Source of the DNA: Octopus sinensis
Taxonomy: Eukaryota
Length of the DNA: 36,853 nt
Assembly (NCBI RefSeq): GCF_006345805.1
Contig: NW_021834725.1
Coordinates: 1 to 36,853 of the forward strand
Direction of reading: 5' to 3'
Below the pieces are notes generated by a model that was not told the origin of the DNA, ran no database searches, and saw nothing but the letters and a program-made list of their open reading frames with translations. Below are positions 23,313-34,055 of the stretch, one piece after another (position 1 is the stretch's first letter; each line of letters starts with the position of its first letter). The position numbers were made by a program, and so were the translations under genes.

Positions 23313-23863
23313 ATGATTCATATACATAAACAGAGAAATAGAGGTTTTCATAAACAGGTACATTCTATTTAGAATCTGAATGAAGCACATAATTATAAAC
23401 ATAAAGAGACATGTATATACAAGCGCCCAGATGCAAACGTATACAAGAGTATATAGATGCGTACATCCAAAAAGAATTGTGCGCATCCATACATATCTAC
23501 ATACACACATACATACGTTTATAATTACAACCGCGATCATTACTTGCGGTAGAGCCTGAGGAATTAGACATATACTTTGCGGTTTGACCTCTGCTTATTG
23601 GGGATCAAAGGGAGCGTTCTTGTGCGCCATAGTGGTGCATAACAGGAGTGTCGAGGGATTTCCTGATACAAGAAAATGGTTGCAGTGTTCCTCGCTATAT
23701 ATATATATATATATACGTATGTATGTATGTAAATATGCATGTATGTGTATGTATATACATACACATATACACATGTATAATGTAATAACAATAATTAAGA
23801 TAAATAAAGAAATAAAATGAAGAAATGATTACAAAAGAAGAGAAAAAAACGTCAAAAATGAGA

Positions 23864-23919
23864 ACCGGAAGTTAGCAAGAATATGGCGCCTCCTACGTTA
23901 TGTTACAATCCGCCATCTT
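23864..23919. promoter_or_regulatory. ETS plus two YY1-like motifs
   Basis: ACCGGAAGT (23864-23872), AATATGGCGCC (23880-23890), CCGCCATCTT (23910-23919). Motif match only. Confidence 0.25.
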
Positions 23920-24604
23920 AAAGTCTGCATTCACCATTATAAATGAGTTATTTATACAAAACAGCTAGAAGGTTGTGGAGATTGATGGAAGAAAGCTAAT
24001 GCCAGTTGCATCTATTATTGTCGAGGAAGATGATTATCTCTGTGTGATTAAGTGTTCTTGCCGTCGTGTGTTTCCGTCAGTGTCTTAGTATGTGCTTGTG
24101 CCTTTGCGTGTCTATACGTGTGTGAATGTGGGTACATTTGTATATGCACGTATGTCGGTAGGTACCTGTGTCTTTGTATGTTTGTGTGGTACGTTTGTTG
24201 GTCCATAATAAGTGTATTTGTATGCGTAATTGTACGCACTGAAGTGTATATACATGTGTTTGTGTCCGTGATTACTTGGATATTAATTTATTTGTGGGGA
24301 TTATGTCCTTATTTGTGGTGAGTATGTCCACATGCAAATGCAAGAGTGTACATGCATATGTGCTTTTGTGGTTTCACGCCTTAACAGCATTTTACAATCA
24401 GTATTGTTGTTCTAAAGGGTATCCCAAAATTAACTTTCTATTTCAGTGAAATCGGAGATTTTTTTTAAAGAATCCACTCTTCTTCATGTTTATCAATTTT
24501 AATGTCTTAAAAGTTTACACATCTTTAATTTTGTTTATAATTTTATAATTTCTATAATTGTTTCTTTTATGGTTTTATTTCCATTCTTGTATAAAAGCCA
24601 GATT

Positions 24605-24760
24605 GAGGGGTTAAAAAGTTCACCTCACAATGACATGGTTCTGGGTTCAGTCCCACTGTGCAGTTCCTTGGACGTGTTTATTTTACTATAGTCTCCAACC
24701 GAACAATGGCTTATGAGTGAATTCGGTGGGCGGAATCTGTGCGAAGAAACCTGAAGTATG
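24605..24760 (+). mobile_element. Old SINE family A head fragment
   Basis: ACATGGTTCTGGGTTCAGTCCCACTGTGCAGTTCCTTGGAC. Confidence 0.65.
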
Positions 24761-24926
24761 TTGCTTGTTAACATCTGCACCAACTTTCTGCTATCAACAT
24801 TGCCAAATCATGTGGATGGTCTCACATAAGCTTTCAAAACTTAAACAAATCAGCTGTGTGAGTAGCCTAACAGCTTTTATACGTGCAAATTGATGGGAAA
24901 ATCCACTGTATGTATGTATGTATGTA

Positions 24927-25324
24927 TACTCTTTACTCTTAACTCTTTTACTTGTTTCAGTCATTTGACTGCGGCCATGCTGGAGCGTCGCCTTTAATCG
25001 TGCAACTCGACCCCGGGACTTATTCTTTGTAAGCCCAGTACTTATTCTATCGGTCTCTTTTGCGAACCGCTAAGTGATGGGGACATAAACACACCAGCAT
25101 CGGTTGTCAAGCAATGCTAAGAGGACAAACACAGACACACAAACATACACGCACACATATATATATACATATATACGACGGGCTTCTTTCAGTTTCCGTC
25201 TACCAAATCCACTCACAAGGCTTTGGTCGGCCCGAGGCTATAGTAGAAGACACTTGCCCAAGGTGCCACGCAGTGGGACTGAACCCGGAACCATGTGGTT
25301 GGTAAGCAAGCTACTTACCACACT
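24927..25324 (-). mobile_element. SINE family A, nearly full length
   Basis: Near-consensus reverse complement. Confidence 0.95.
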
Positions 25325-25741
25325 CATGTATTTATTTATTTATTTATTTATTCAAATGTGAAATAAAAGCAGTGCTACTGTAATAAACATTATCAACAAC
25401 AGGTACTTAACGTATAGACAACGTGTTTTTACCGGCAGGCTGCGATATGGCGTGGTAGAGAATACTCTCTCAAAGCGCCGGATATTAATGCACAAAGCAT
25501 AAACGTTAAGTATATCTTAACTTTTACACACACACGTATATTTGACATACATGTAAGCGAGAAACTCCTACCAGAACCAACTTTTGTAAACTTATAAGCA
25601 TCTAATCATTAAAGTAGGAAAAATGATCAGAAAAGCCATCTCTACTAATTTTTTTCAAGTATATAATACCATACGAAGGATTTTCTATTTCGTATTCTAC
25701 TATATACGTGTGTGTGTGTATGTATGTATATATATATATAC

Positions 25742-26145
25742 ATACCCACCCCCGTCCAATGGCCGGTGCTGAGTTGTCAAACATTTAAACCAAATTTTCT
25801 CAAAACAACTTGTCCGACCGCCCCATAGGCCTCCCCTTTGAGAAACACTGATTTAACCTAAATTTGAGGCACCAGCAAAAGAAGAAATAAAGATAGATTT
25901 TTTCTCGCGTACGCGTAGTATCGATCGCAGCAGCTGATGTATTGTGCGTACAAATGCACGTTCCCACGGCTTTATTGATCGCATTCTCACCTGGAATCGA
26001 TTTTTGTAATTTTATCAAGACTTATACACGCACTGATACGGTCGGTATCTACATATCAAATTTGAGCGCAATCGGATGGAGGATGCCCGATATCCTAGAC
26101 GACACAAACACAGACAGACAGAACGGATTTTATATAATATATATA
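25742..26145 (-). mobile_element. Degenerate non-autonomous Helitron-like element
   Basis: Same layout as 3079-3458: eroded hairpin CCCGTCCAATGGCCGG near the left end, CAAATTTGAGCGCAATCGG, and ACAGACAGACAG...TTTTATATAAT at the right end. Termini are not intact. Confidence 0.45.
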
Positions 26146-26147
26146 TA

Positions 26148-26450
26148 TTCTTTTATTCTTTTTATTTCTGTCATTTGACTGCAACCATGCTGTAGCACCA
26201 CCTAACGGGGTTTTGGTCGAAGAAACCGCCCCCAGGACTTATGCTTTGTACTTATTCTATCAGTCAATTTTGCCGATCCGCTAATTTACGGGGACATAAC
26301 ACACCAACATCGGTTGTCAAGCGATGGGGGCGGGGGCAAAAACACAGACACAAACACATACATATATATATTATATATATATATATATATTATATATATA
26401 TATATATATACATACACACACACATACACACACACACGCACACACACACA

Positions 26451-26514
<64 letters not shown>

Positions 26515-26620
26515 CGACGAGCTTCTTTCCGTTTCCGTCTACCAAATCTACTCACAAGGCTTTAGTCCGACCGAGACTTGAGTAGAAGACACTTGCCCAA
26601 GGTGTTATGCAGTTGGACTG
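26148..26620 (-). mobile_element. SINE family A lacking its 5' tip, continuing into an inverted self-copy
   Basis: Tail at 26148-26210, long (TA)/(CA) insert at 26340-26512, head portion to 26620. Confidence 0.9.
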
Positions 26621-26753
26621 CATGGTTCCGGGTTCAGTCCAACTGCATAACACCTTGGCAAGTGTCTTCTACTCAAGTCTCGGTCGGACTAAAGCCTTGT
26701 GAGTAGATTTGGTAGACGGAAACGGAAAGAAGCTCGTCGTATATATATATATG
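26499..26753. repeat. Near-perfect fold-back palindrome (arms about 120 bp, 14-nt spacer)
   Basis: 26499-26620 is the reverse complement of 26635-26753 apart from a 1-nt indel and one TA unit; spacer CATGGTTCCGGGTT. Confidence 0.95.
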
Positions 26754-26771
26754 TAAAAGTAAAAAAATATA

Positions 26772-26962
26772 TACAAACTGGGACAAGAACGTGAAACATT
26801 TAGAAGACGACACAAAAAACACGGACGGGACATTCGAAGCCTTCAATCTTCAGTCAAGAACCAGATCATCTTCGCAATTTCGGCTGATTAATCTTGAGAT
26901 TGCTCCGACCTGGGCAGCCCCAAAGGAAAATCTAAGCCAAGCGCATTAGATTCCTTGGAAGA
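26772..26962 (-). mobile_element. Dispersed repeat family E, copy 2
   Basis: Colinear with 17101-17291, same endpoints. Confidence 0.75.
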
Positions 26963-26980
26963 TATATATTTACATAGATT

Positions 26981-27068
26981 AAAAGATACTTGTCCAAAAT
27001 ATCACGCTGTGGAATCGAAACCGGGATCTTTGATTGCAAAGGAAACTTCTTAATCAACTCGGCCATGG
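26981..27068 (-). mobile_element. Degenerate A-like SINE head
   Basis: ATACTTGTCCAAAATATCACGCTGTGGAATCGAAACC. Confidence 0.45.
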
Positions 27069-27069
27069 A

Positions 27070-27782
27070 TGCGTCCACTACTACCACCACTATGAGTTAC
27101 CACTATTACCACTACTAGTAAAGTGGCACGGCGCGAAAGCACTTTGTGACTCTTCTCGCATTACCTAAACCACAAAACCGCCACCCACCCATAAACCACC
27201 TTCACCACCACCACCACCACAATCACCATCATCACCACCATTACCACAACAACAACATCAACTTCACCACCATCGCAGCCACAATCGCCAACGGCAGTAG
27301 CAGCAACAACAACAGCAATCTCCACCCCACCCCCACCATTCCCTACACCCTCTCCACCCACACCTCACGCAACACACACCCGCCTCTCTCCCCCCGCTCC
27401 CCCCACCCCGCATTCACCGTTGTTTATGTTACTGTGAAGCCATGTGGTGTTAGGTAGGAATTGCGGTGGTGGCGGTGGTGGTGGTGGCGGCGTCGGTGGT
27501 GGAGGCGATGACGTTGGTGATGATGTTGGAAATGAGAAGGTAGAGATCCAAGAGGGAAGAGTGAGGGTAGGTGTGATGTGTTACCCTGCCCGCCCCCTCC
27601 CACTCCCTACCCCCATGCGCACACTCTCAACCTGGAAGATTAGCGGCGGAGGGTTGTCGGGGAGGGGGGGTGACGGGAAAGGAAGGATAACGGTTGAAAC
27701 CAGGTATATGCTTGTATATATATATATATATATATATGAAGTAGTAGTAGTATTAGCGGTGGTGGTGGTGGTGGTGGTGGTG

Positions 27783-27822
<40 letters not shown>

Positions 27823-28412
27823 CGGTGATGGTGGTAGTAGTAATAGTGGTTGTGGTAGTGGTGGTTGTGTTGGTAGTAGTAGTTTTAGTGGTAGTAGTAG
27901 TAGCGGTGATATTGGTAGTAGTAATAGTGGTGGTGGTAGTGGTTTTTGTGTTGGTAGTAGTAGTTGTTGTTGTGGTAGTAGTAGTAGTAGTAGTAGTGAT
28001 GATGGTAGTAGTAATAGTGGTGGTGGTAATGGTGGTTGTGTTGGTAGTAGTAGTCGTGGTGGTGGTACTAGTAGTAGTAATAGTAGTAGTGGTAGTAGTC
28101 ATATTAGTATTAGTAGTCGTAGTCGTAGTAGTAGTATTAGTTGTAGTAGTCGCAGTTGTAGGGGAGGTGGAGGATAGCATTATGTTGCAGCGGTGATCGC
28201 AACTGTAGTGTGGAAGAGCGGTGGTCTGGGGATGCGGTTGTGTCGCGTTACGGTGTTGCGATGGAGGTGCCGTCGTTGGTATGGTTGTGGCGATGCTGTA
28301 TTGTTGTGTAGGTGAAGAGATGTGCTGGTGCAAGGTGGTGGACTAACGGTGTCAGTGCCATAGTGGTGCTTTAGTATAATTGCATGGTAGTGTTGGTGGT
28401 GGTGGTGGTAGT
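27070..28412. repeat. (ACC)-rich array followed by (GGT/GTA)-rich arrays, partly decayed
   Basis: Read directly. Confidence 0.9.
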
Positions 28413-28558
28413 ATATTGGTTTCAAATTTTGGAACAAGGCCAGCAATTTTGCGGGAAGGTCTAAGTCGATGACATCGGCACCAGTGTGCACCTGGTACTT
28501 ATTTTATCGACCCCCAAAAGGATGAAAAGCAAAATCAACCACTGCGTAATTTGAAAAT
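28413..28558 (-). mobile_element. SINE family B monomer fragment
   Basis: ATATTGGTTTCAAATTTTGGAACAAGGCCAGCAATTT...CCCCCAAAAGGATGAAAAGCAAA. Confidence 0.8.
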
Positions 28559-28845
28559 ATTATTCACTTAATTGTGAAAATTATTGGTTTGGTGGGCGTA
28601 TCCTGCCAAAATTTTTTTTTTGGAAATAGTGTTTCAACAATATTGTTCCTGTCAAGGAGTCCCTAGAAGAAAATTGGAATGACTTTTTTAACTGTTTTAC
28701 AATAGTGTTAAAATTTTGGCCTGGAGTACCAAGTGGTCTTTGCTGTGGTTTGAACTGTTGCTCTCACTTCTATCTTTTATTAAAAAAAAACCAACTCTTT
28801 ATTGAACTGTTAATTTTGTTTCTCTCCTTCCTTTTGTTTGGACTT

Positions 28846-29062
28846 TTTGTTTGTGTGTCTGTTTGTCCCCCCAACATCGCTTGACAACCGATGCTGGTGT
28901 GTTTACGTCCCCGTAACTTAGCGGTACGGCAAAAAGAAACCGATAGAATAATTACCAGGCTTACAAAGAATAAGTCCTGGGGATCGATTTGCTCGACTAA
29001 AGGTGGTGTTCCAGCATGGCCGCAGTCAAATGACTGAAACAAGTAAAGGAGCTAAAGAGTAA
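28846..29062 (+). mobile_element. SINE family A, 3' half
   Basis: GTTTGTCCCCCCAACATCGCTTGACAACC...GACTGAAACAAGTAAAGG. Confidence 0.92.
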
Positions 29063-29065
29063 AAC

Positions 29066-30087
29066 AGAATATTATCAACCTTTTGTGATAAAGTTTTCGT
29101 ATTGTGTGCAAACGCTTTCGTTGGACAATTTTTAAAACATACACGTGGAAAAATCTGTATAGAAGAAGCTAATTTTAGAAGCGACGTTGACTATTTCCCG
29201 TTTAGTTTCGAATTTAGAAGTTTTACAAAATATTCTTCTTTTGCTTTTCGCAGTTGACTATTTCTCCATTATCAACAAACAAGGAGATATTTAAAATTTT
29301 TCATTTGCACAAATGTCTAGATGTTCACTCGTGGAGTATTCCCAACAGATGAAATCAAATTTGTTGCATACACAGTTTCATACGGTGTTATTACTTTTGA
29401 TCCTGTATGACCGATGTAATCATGATTGTATTTTGGGCATATCATACAGCAAAAAGAAATTCTTTTCTTTTGCGATTCATGTCTGCATTAGCCTTCAAAT
29501 CCTTCGCCTTCGAGAATATTTTATTTGCTCTCTGTTCAATCATTTCAAACGTCTCCCAAGGGTGTCCGCAGTTCGTTGTCTGCATTATTTCGTCTTCCGA
29601 TGTGAATTTTATCTTTGTTTAGAATCTTTTCGAATTTGGTGGTTGTCTTCAGCCGTTGATAATTCGCGATCCTTTCATTATTTTTCAGAGATTTGATGAT
29701 TATCTTTTATGGATGACTACAAATAGAATATTTATATTTGCGTTTTTGTTTTTGCTTTCCTCTTCATTGTGAGGGTTTCTCGGTAAGACAGACTGGGATT
29801 TCTTTTGATTATGACATGACTTTGAGGAGTATATGTTTCTGAAGCAACATATTTAGTTCTACTCTCTCTTTTACTCTTTTAATTGTTTCAGTCATTTCAC
29901 CGCGGCCATGCTGGAGCACCGCCTTTAATCGAGCAACTCGACCCCGGGACTTATTCTTTTGTAAGCCCAGTACTTATTCTATCGGTCTCTTTTGCCGAAC
30001 CGCTAAGTACCGGGGACATAAACACACCAGCATCGGTTGTCAAGCAATGCTAGGGGGACAAACACAGACACACAAACACACACACGC

Positions 30088-30120
<33 letters not shown>

Positions 30121-30580
30121 TACGACGGGCTTCTTTTCAGTTTCCGTCTACCAAACCCACTCACAAGGCTTTGGTCGGCCCGAGGCTATAGTAGAAGACA
30201 CTTGCCCAAGGTGCTACGCAGTGGGACTGAACCCGGAACCATGTGGTTGGCAAACAAGCTACTTACCACACAGCCTTTTGTCCTGCGCCTACCTGTCGTT
30301 TCTCTCATCCGTAGCTATTGAGCATACACGTCTTGCCATTTTGAATAGGATGCTCCTTTTAGAGTGGGATGGGTGGCAAAATCTGAAATGTAAACACTGG
30401 TGTGTGTGTGTGTGTGTGGTGTGTGTGTGTGTGTGCGTCTTTTCAGTAGAGCTCGTTTGTGACTGTTTCATTTTCCTTAATTATCAGGATGTAAAAAAAA
30501 AATGTTTCTTTTCATTCATCTCCATAGTGAACTGGAAATGAAAATTGCGCATGGATAACTCAAAACATTTCTTTTTTCAG
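29066..30580 (-). mobile_element. Decayed, 5'-truncated Penelope-like retroelement (RT C-terminus, linker, GIY-YIG endonuclease), interrupted by a SINE
   Basis: Minus-strand remnants in order: FQFTMEMNEKK; ILIIKENETVTNELY*KD..HQCLHFRFCHPSHSKRSILFKMARRVCSIATDE; ELNMLLQK; RQPPNSKRF*TKIKF; ADMNRK..ICPKYNHDYIGHTG (YIG at 29410-29418); SEHLDICA; RKAKEEYFVKLLNSKLNGK* (stop 29191-29193). Many stops and frameshifts. Confidence 0.88.
29861..30290 (-). mobile_element. SINE family A, full length, nested in the Penelope ORF
   Basis: Near-consensus; the Penelope reading continues on both sides. Confidence 0.95.
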
Positions 30581-30584
30581 AATA

Positions 30585-30810
30585 AAGGAAGAAAACGTTT
30601 AATTGTCGAAAGGCAAAAGAAGAATACTTTACAAGAACTCTAAATCCAAAACTGAATTGTAAATATTTAACAACAATGCTAAAAACAACTTACCCTATAC
30701 GGATTACCCCACAATGCGTGTGATTGAAAAGCTGTACAACGAAAGCGCTTACACATACTGTAGAAAATTTCATTCCAAAACGTTCGGGTCATTCTGTTTT
30801 TCTACGAGTT
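30585..30810 (+). mobile_element. Inverted copy of the Penelope 3' end (endonuclease C-terminus and 3' UTR)
   Basis: Plus strand reads RKAKEEYFTRTLNPKLN and is colinear with the reverse complement of about 29070-29255 (shared CAACGAAAGCG...ATTCTGTTTT). Confidence 0.8.
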
Positions 30811-30849
30811 TTAAAAACTAGTTTACAATTTTTAAGAAAATCTTTTTTC

Positions 30850-30915
30850 ACACACGCACACGCACGTGCACACACACACATACACACACTCACGCATATA
30901 TATGTATATATATAT

Positions 30916-30979
<64 letters not shown>

Positions 30980-31010
30980 CATATATATATAGATATAGAT
31001 TATATATAAG
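30850..31010. repeat. (CA)n/(TA)n
   Basis: Read directly. Confidence 0.95.
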
Positions 31011-31060
31011 CGGTATTTTATTAACAGTTTGTAAAAGATCCAATATTAATAAGTCTTCAA

Positions 31061-31202
31061 TAAGAATTTTGCTTCTCAAACACATGGTCCCGGGTTCAAC
31101 CCCACTGCGTGAAACCTTGGGCAAGTTTCTTCTACTATTGTCTCTGAGTGACCAAAGCTTTGTAAATGGATTTGATTGACGGAAACTGAAAGAAGCTCAT
31201 CG

Positions 31203-31233
<31 letters not shown>

Positions 31234-31713
31234 ATATATATATACATGAGCGTGTGTGTGTGTGTGTGAATGCACATGGCCTAGTGGTTAGAGCTGCGGA
31301 CTCGCGGTCGAGGGATCGCGGGTTCGAATCTCAGACTGGGTGATGTGTGTGTTTAAGAGCGAAAGACCTAAGCCCCACGCGGCTCCGGCAGAAGGTAATG
31401 GCGACATTCTGGTAACGCTTTCCCCATAAGTTTCTCTCACTAACGGCGGTGCATCAGCATGGCCGCAGCTATGAGCTGAAACTTCAGAAAAAAATTATAT
31501 ATATATAATATCCATATGTGTGTGTGTCTTTGTATTTGTGTTTGTCCACCCACTGCTTTACAACCGAAGTTGGTTTCTTTACATAGCGGTTAGGCAAAAG
31601 AGATGATAGAATAAATACCAGGTTTTAAAAAGATGAATAATGAGGTCGATTCGATCGAGGCTGTGCTTCAGTATAGCTCCAGTCTAATGATTGAACGAAA
31701 TAAGATAAAAGAT
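31061..31713 (+). mobile_element. Old SINE family A copy split at its internal microsatellite by a nested SINE
   Basis: 5' half at 31061-31203, 3' half at 31516-31713. Confidence 0.8.
31269..31494 (+). mobile_element. SINE with family F head and family A-type tail
   Basis: Head TGGCCTAGTGGTTAGAGCTGCGGACTCGCGGTC...GGGTTCGAATCTC is like 13171-13492; tail GGCGGTGCATCAGCATGGCCGCAG...GCTGAAAC is like family A. Confidence 0.85.
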
Positions 31714-31724
31714 ATATATTTCTG

Positions 31725-31826
31725 ATGTATGTATGTATGTAATGTATGTATGTATGTATGTATGTATGTATGTACGTACGTACGTACGTACGTACGTACG
31801 TATGTATGTATGTATGTATGTATGTA

Positions 31827-31879
<53 letters not shown>

Positions 31880-31880
31880 A
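31725..31880. repeat. (TATG)n/(TACG)n/(TG)n
   Basis: Read directly. Confidence 0.95.
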
Positions 31881-32269
31881 TTAGATACTGCTAATATTGG
31901 ATTTCCTACAAATGCTTTTTATGTTGAAGAAGTTTTAAATGGAAGCGTTTGTGCTGAACAAAAACAAAATCCGAACTCATTTCCACTTGTTGACATCATT
32001 ATAAATTTGTTTTAGATAACTTCATTTAATTCACGTGATGAAAAATAAGGTTTTGAACAGTCACTTGACCTAAATTCTGATTCGCTTCTGCACAAATTCT
32101 AAGTTTTTAAGTTGTGTGTGTGTGTGTGTGTGGTGGGTGGGTGGGGTGGGGGGGGGGGCGGGGGTGTTTATACTGTGTATCGTGATTTTAACTCTTGGAT
32201 TCGAATTACTGCTAATGTCTTATAGGTACTATACATATTTGCACACAAGGACACAGTTCTATTTCGATA

Positions 32270-32444
32270 TGTGTGTGTATACACGTATATATATATATAT
32301 ATCATACATACATATATAACGCATACACACACACACACACACACACACAACATATATATTACATTATATATTATTTATCTATTATATATATCCATATATA
32401 CATACATATATATATATCCATAATATAATATATATATATGTATG

Positions 32445-32496
<52 letters not shown>

Positions 32497-32564
32497 TATA
32501 CATATATAATATATATCATATAATACACACACACCATATATCTAAGTAAATGTATGTACGTGTA

Positions 32565-32652
<88 letters not shown>

Positions 32653-32765
32653 CATATACATATTTTATTTATATATATATATACGTATATACATATATAC
32701 ACACACGCATGCGTACACACTGAGAGAGAGAGAGAAAAGGAGAGGGAGAGAGGGAGGGAGGGAAG
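32270..32765. repeat. (TA)/(CA)/(GA) microsatellite field
   Basis: Read directly. Confidence 0.92.
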
Positions 32766-32883
32766 TAGTGACACTGATTATGGATATCAGCTATATGGCT
32801 GAGTGAAAATACCTCCAGGGAGGCTTCTGTATAGTAAACACAAATTGTGTAGCCTGTTTGCTATGTGTGTATTTGCGTTCCAG

Positions 32884-32966
32884 ATGTTTCAGTTGTTCCG
32901 CACATCACCGACGACTACATCCCCATGTATAAAAATAGTAACGTCGATCAGAAATACTCTCTATAG
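32884..32966 (+). CDS. Candidate terminal (or 54-nt internal) host exon, unidentified
   Basis: Acceptor ATTTGCGTTCCAG|; phase-1 frame (D)VSVVPHITDDYIPMYKNSNVDQKYSL*; followed by about 300 bp of unique UTR-like sequence. Not confirmed by homology. Confidence 0.25.
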
Positions 32967-33270
32967 TGTCCCTCATAACGAATAACGATATATTTTTATG
33001 AACAGCTGTCGGCTAGAAAAGACTTTTGTGTCCAGAAACTGTGGAACGTATATATCATTCATTGTTCTACGGTCCTTGCTAACAAAGAATATAACGCAAT
33101 TCAGAGCAAATGACTCAATGCAAAGTTGCAAATAGAATGTATTTATTTAGAATATGATGACTTGTCCAAAACTATTTCCTCTCGCCTCTGTAGAGGCGTT
33201 ACAGGGAAGAGAGACTGGTTTTGTATCAGTTATTGTGTCTTTAATGAAAATATTATACATTTATACATTA

Positions 33271-33644
33271 GGCACAGGCGTGGCTGTGTGGTAAGTAGCT
33301 TGCTTACCAACCACATGGTTCGGGTTCAGTCCCACTGCGTGGCACTTTGGGCAAGCGTCTTCTACTACAGCCTCTGGCCGACCAAAGCCTTGTGAGTGGA
33401 TTTGGTAGACGGAAACTGTGTGTGTCTGTGCGTCTGTGTTTGTCCTCCCAACATCGCTTGACAACCGACGCTGGTGTGTTCATGTCCCCGTAACTTAGCG
33501 GTTCGGCAAAAGTGACCGATAGAATAAGTACTAGGCTTACAAAGAATAAGTCCTGGGGTCGATTTGCTCGACTAAAGGCGGTGCTCCAGCATGGCCGCAG
33601 TCAAATGACTGAAACAAATAAAAGAGTAAAAAGAGTAAAGAGTA
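33271..33644 (+). mobile_element. SINE family A, full length (internal tract shortened)
   Basis: Near-consensus. Confidence 0.95.
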
Positions 33645-33649
33645 TTTAT

Positions 33650-33894
33650 TCGGACTTGTTACATAAGTTTATTTTCTAGAGCTTCTTCGTTTTAGTTATG
33701 CTTGTATATGGTAGTATATTTATTGCTCTATATATGTTTCTCTTTCAATTTATAGCGTACTCTGCTAACTGTTTGACTCAACCGAAATTGCGAGGATTAT
33801 CTGGTGCTTGACTGAGGAAAGAAAACTTCGAATGACCCGTCCTTGTTTTCTTTGTATCGTCTATCTGGATGTTTTGTTGTCCCATTTTGTATTT

Positions 33895-33898
<4 letters not shown>
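33650..33898 (+). mobile_element. Diverged relative of repeat family E
   Basis: 33781-33895 aligns to the reverse complement of about 17101-17215 (CCGAAATTGCGAGGAT...CTTGACTGA.GA...CTTCGAATG.CCCGTC); ends in (TA)n. Confidence 0.65.
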
Positions 33899-33930
<32 letters not shown>

Positions 33931-34055
33931 ATATAGATATATATATATATATATATGTATGGTATGTATATATATGGCGGCTTTTAAGCTAGCTCATGTG
34001 GAGGGCTCCTCCTTGGGCCTTGGGCCCAGCAATGACACTTCATGCATTGAGTGCA

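Noticed and set aside
25830-25850. hAT-like terminal sequence (CAGTGTTTCTCAAA on the minus strand)
   Set aside because: No partner TIR or 8-bp TSD found in the window.
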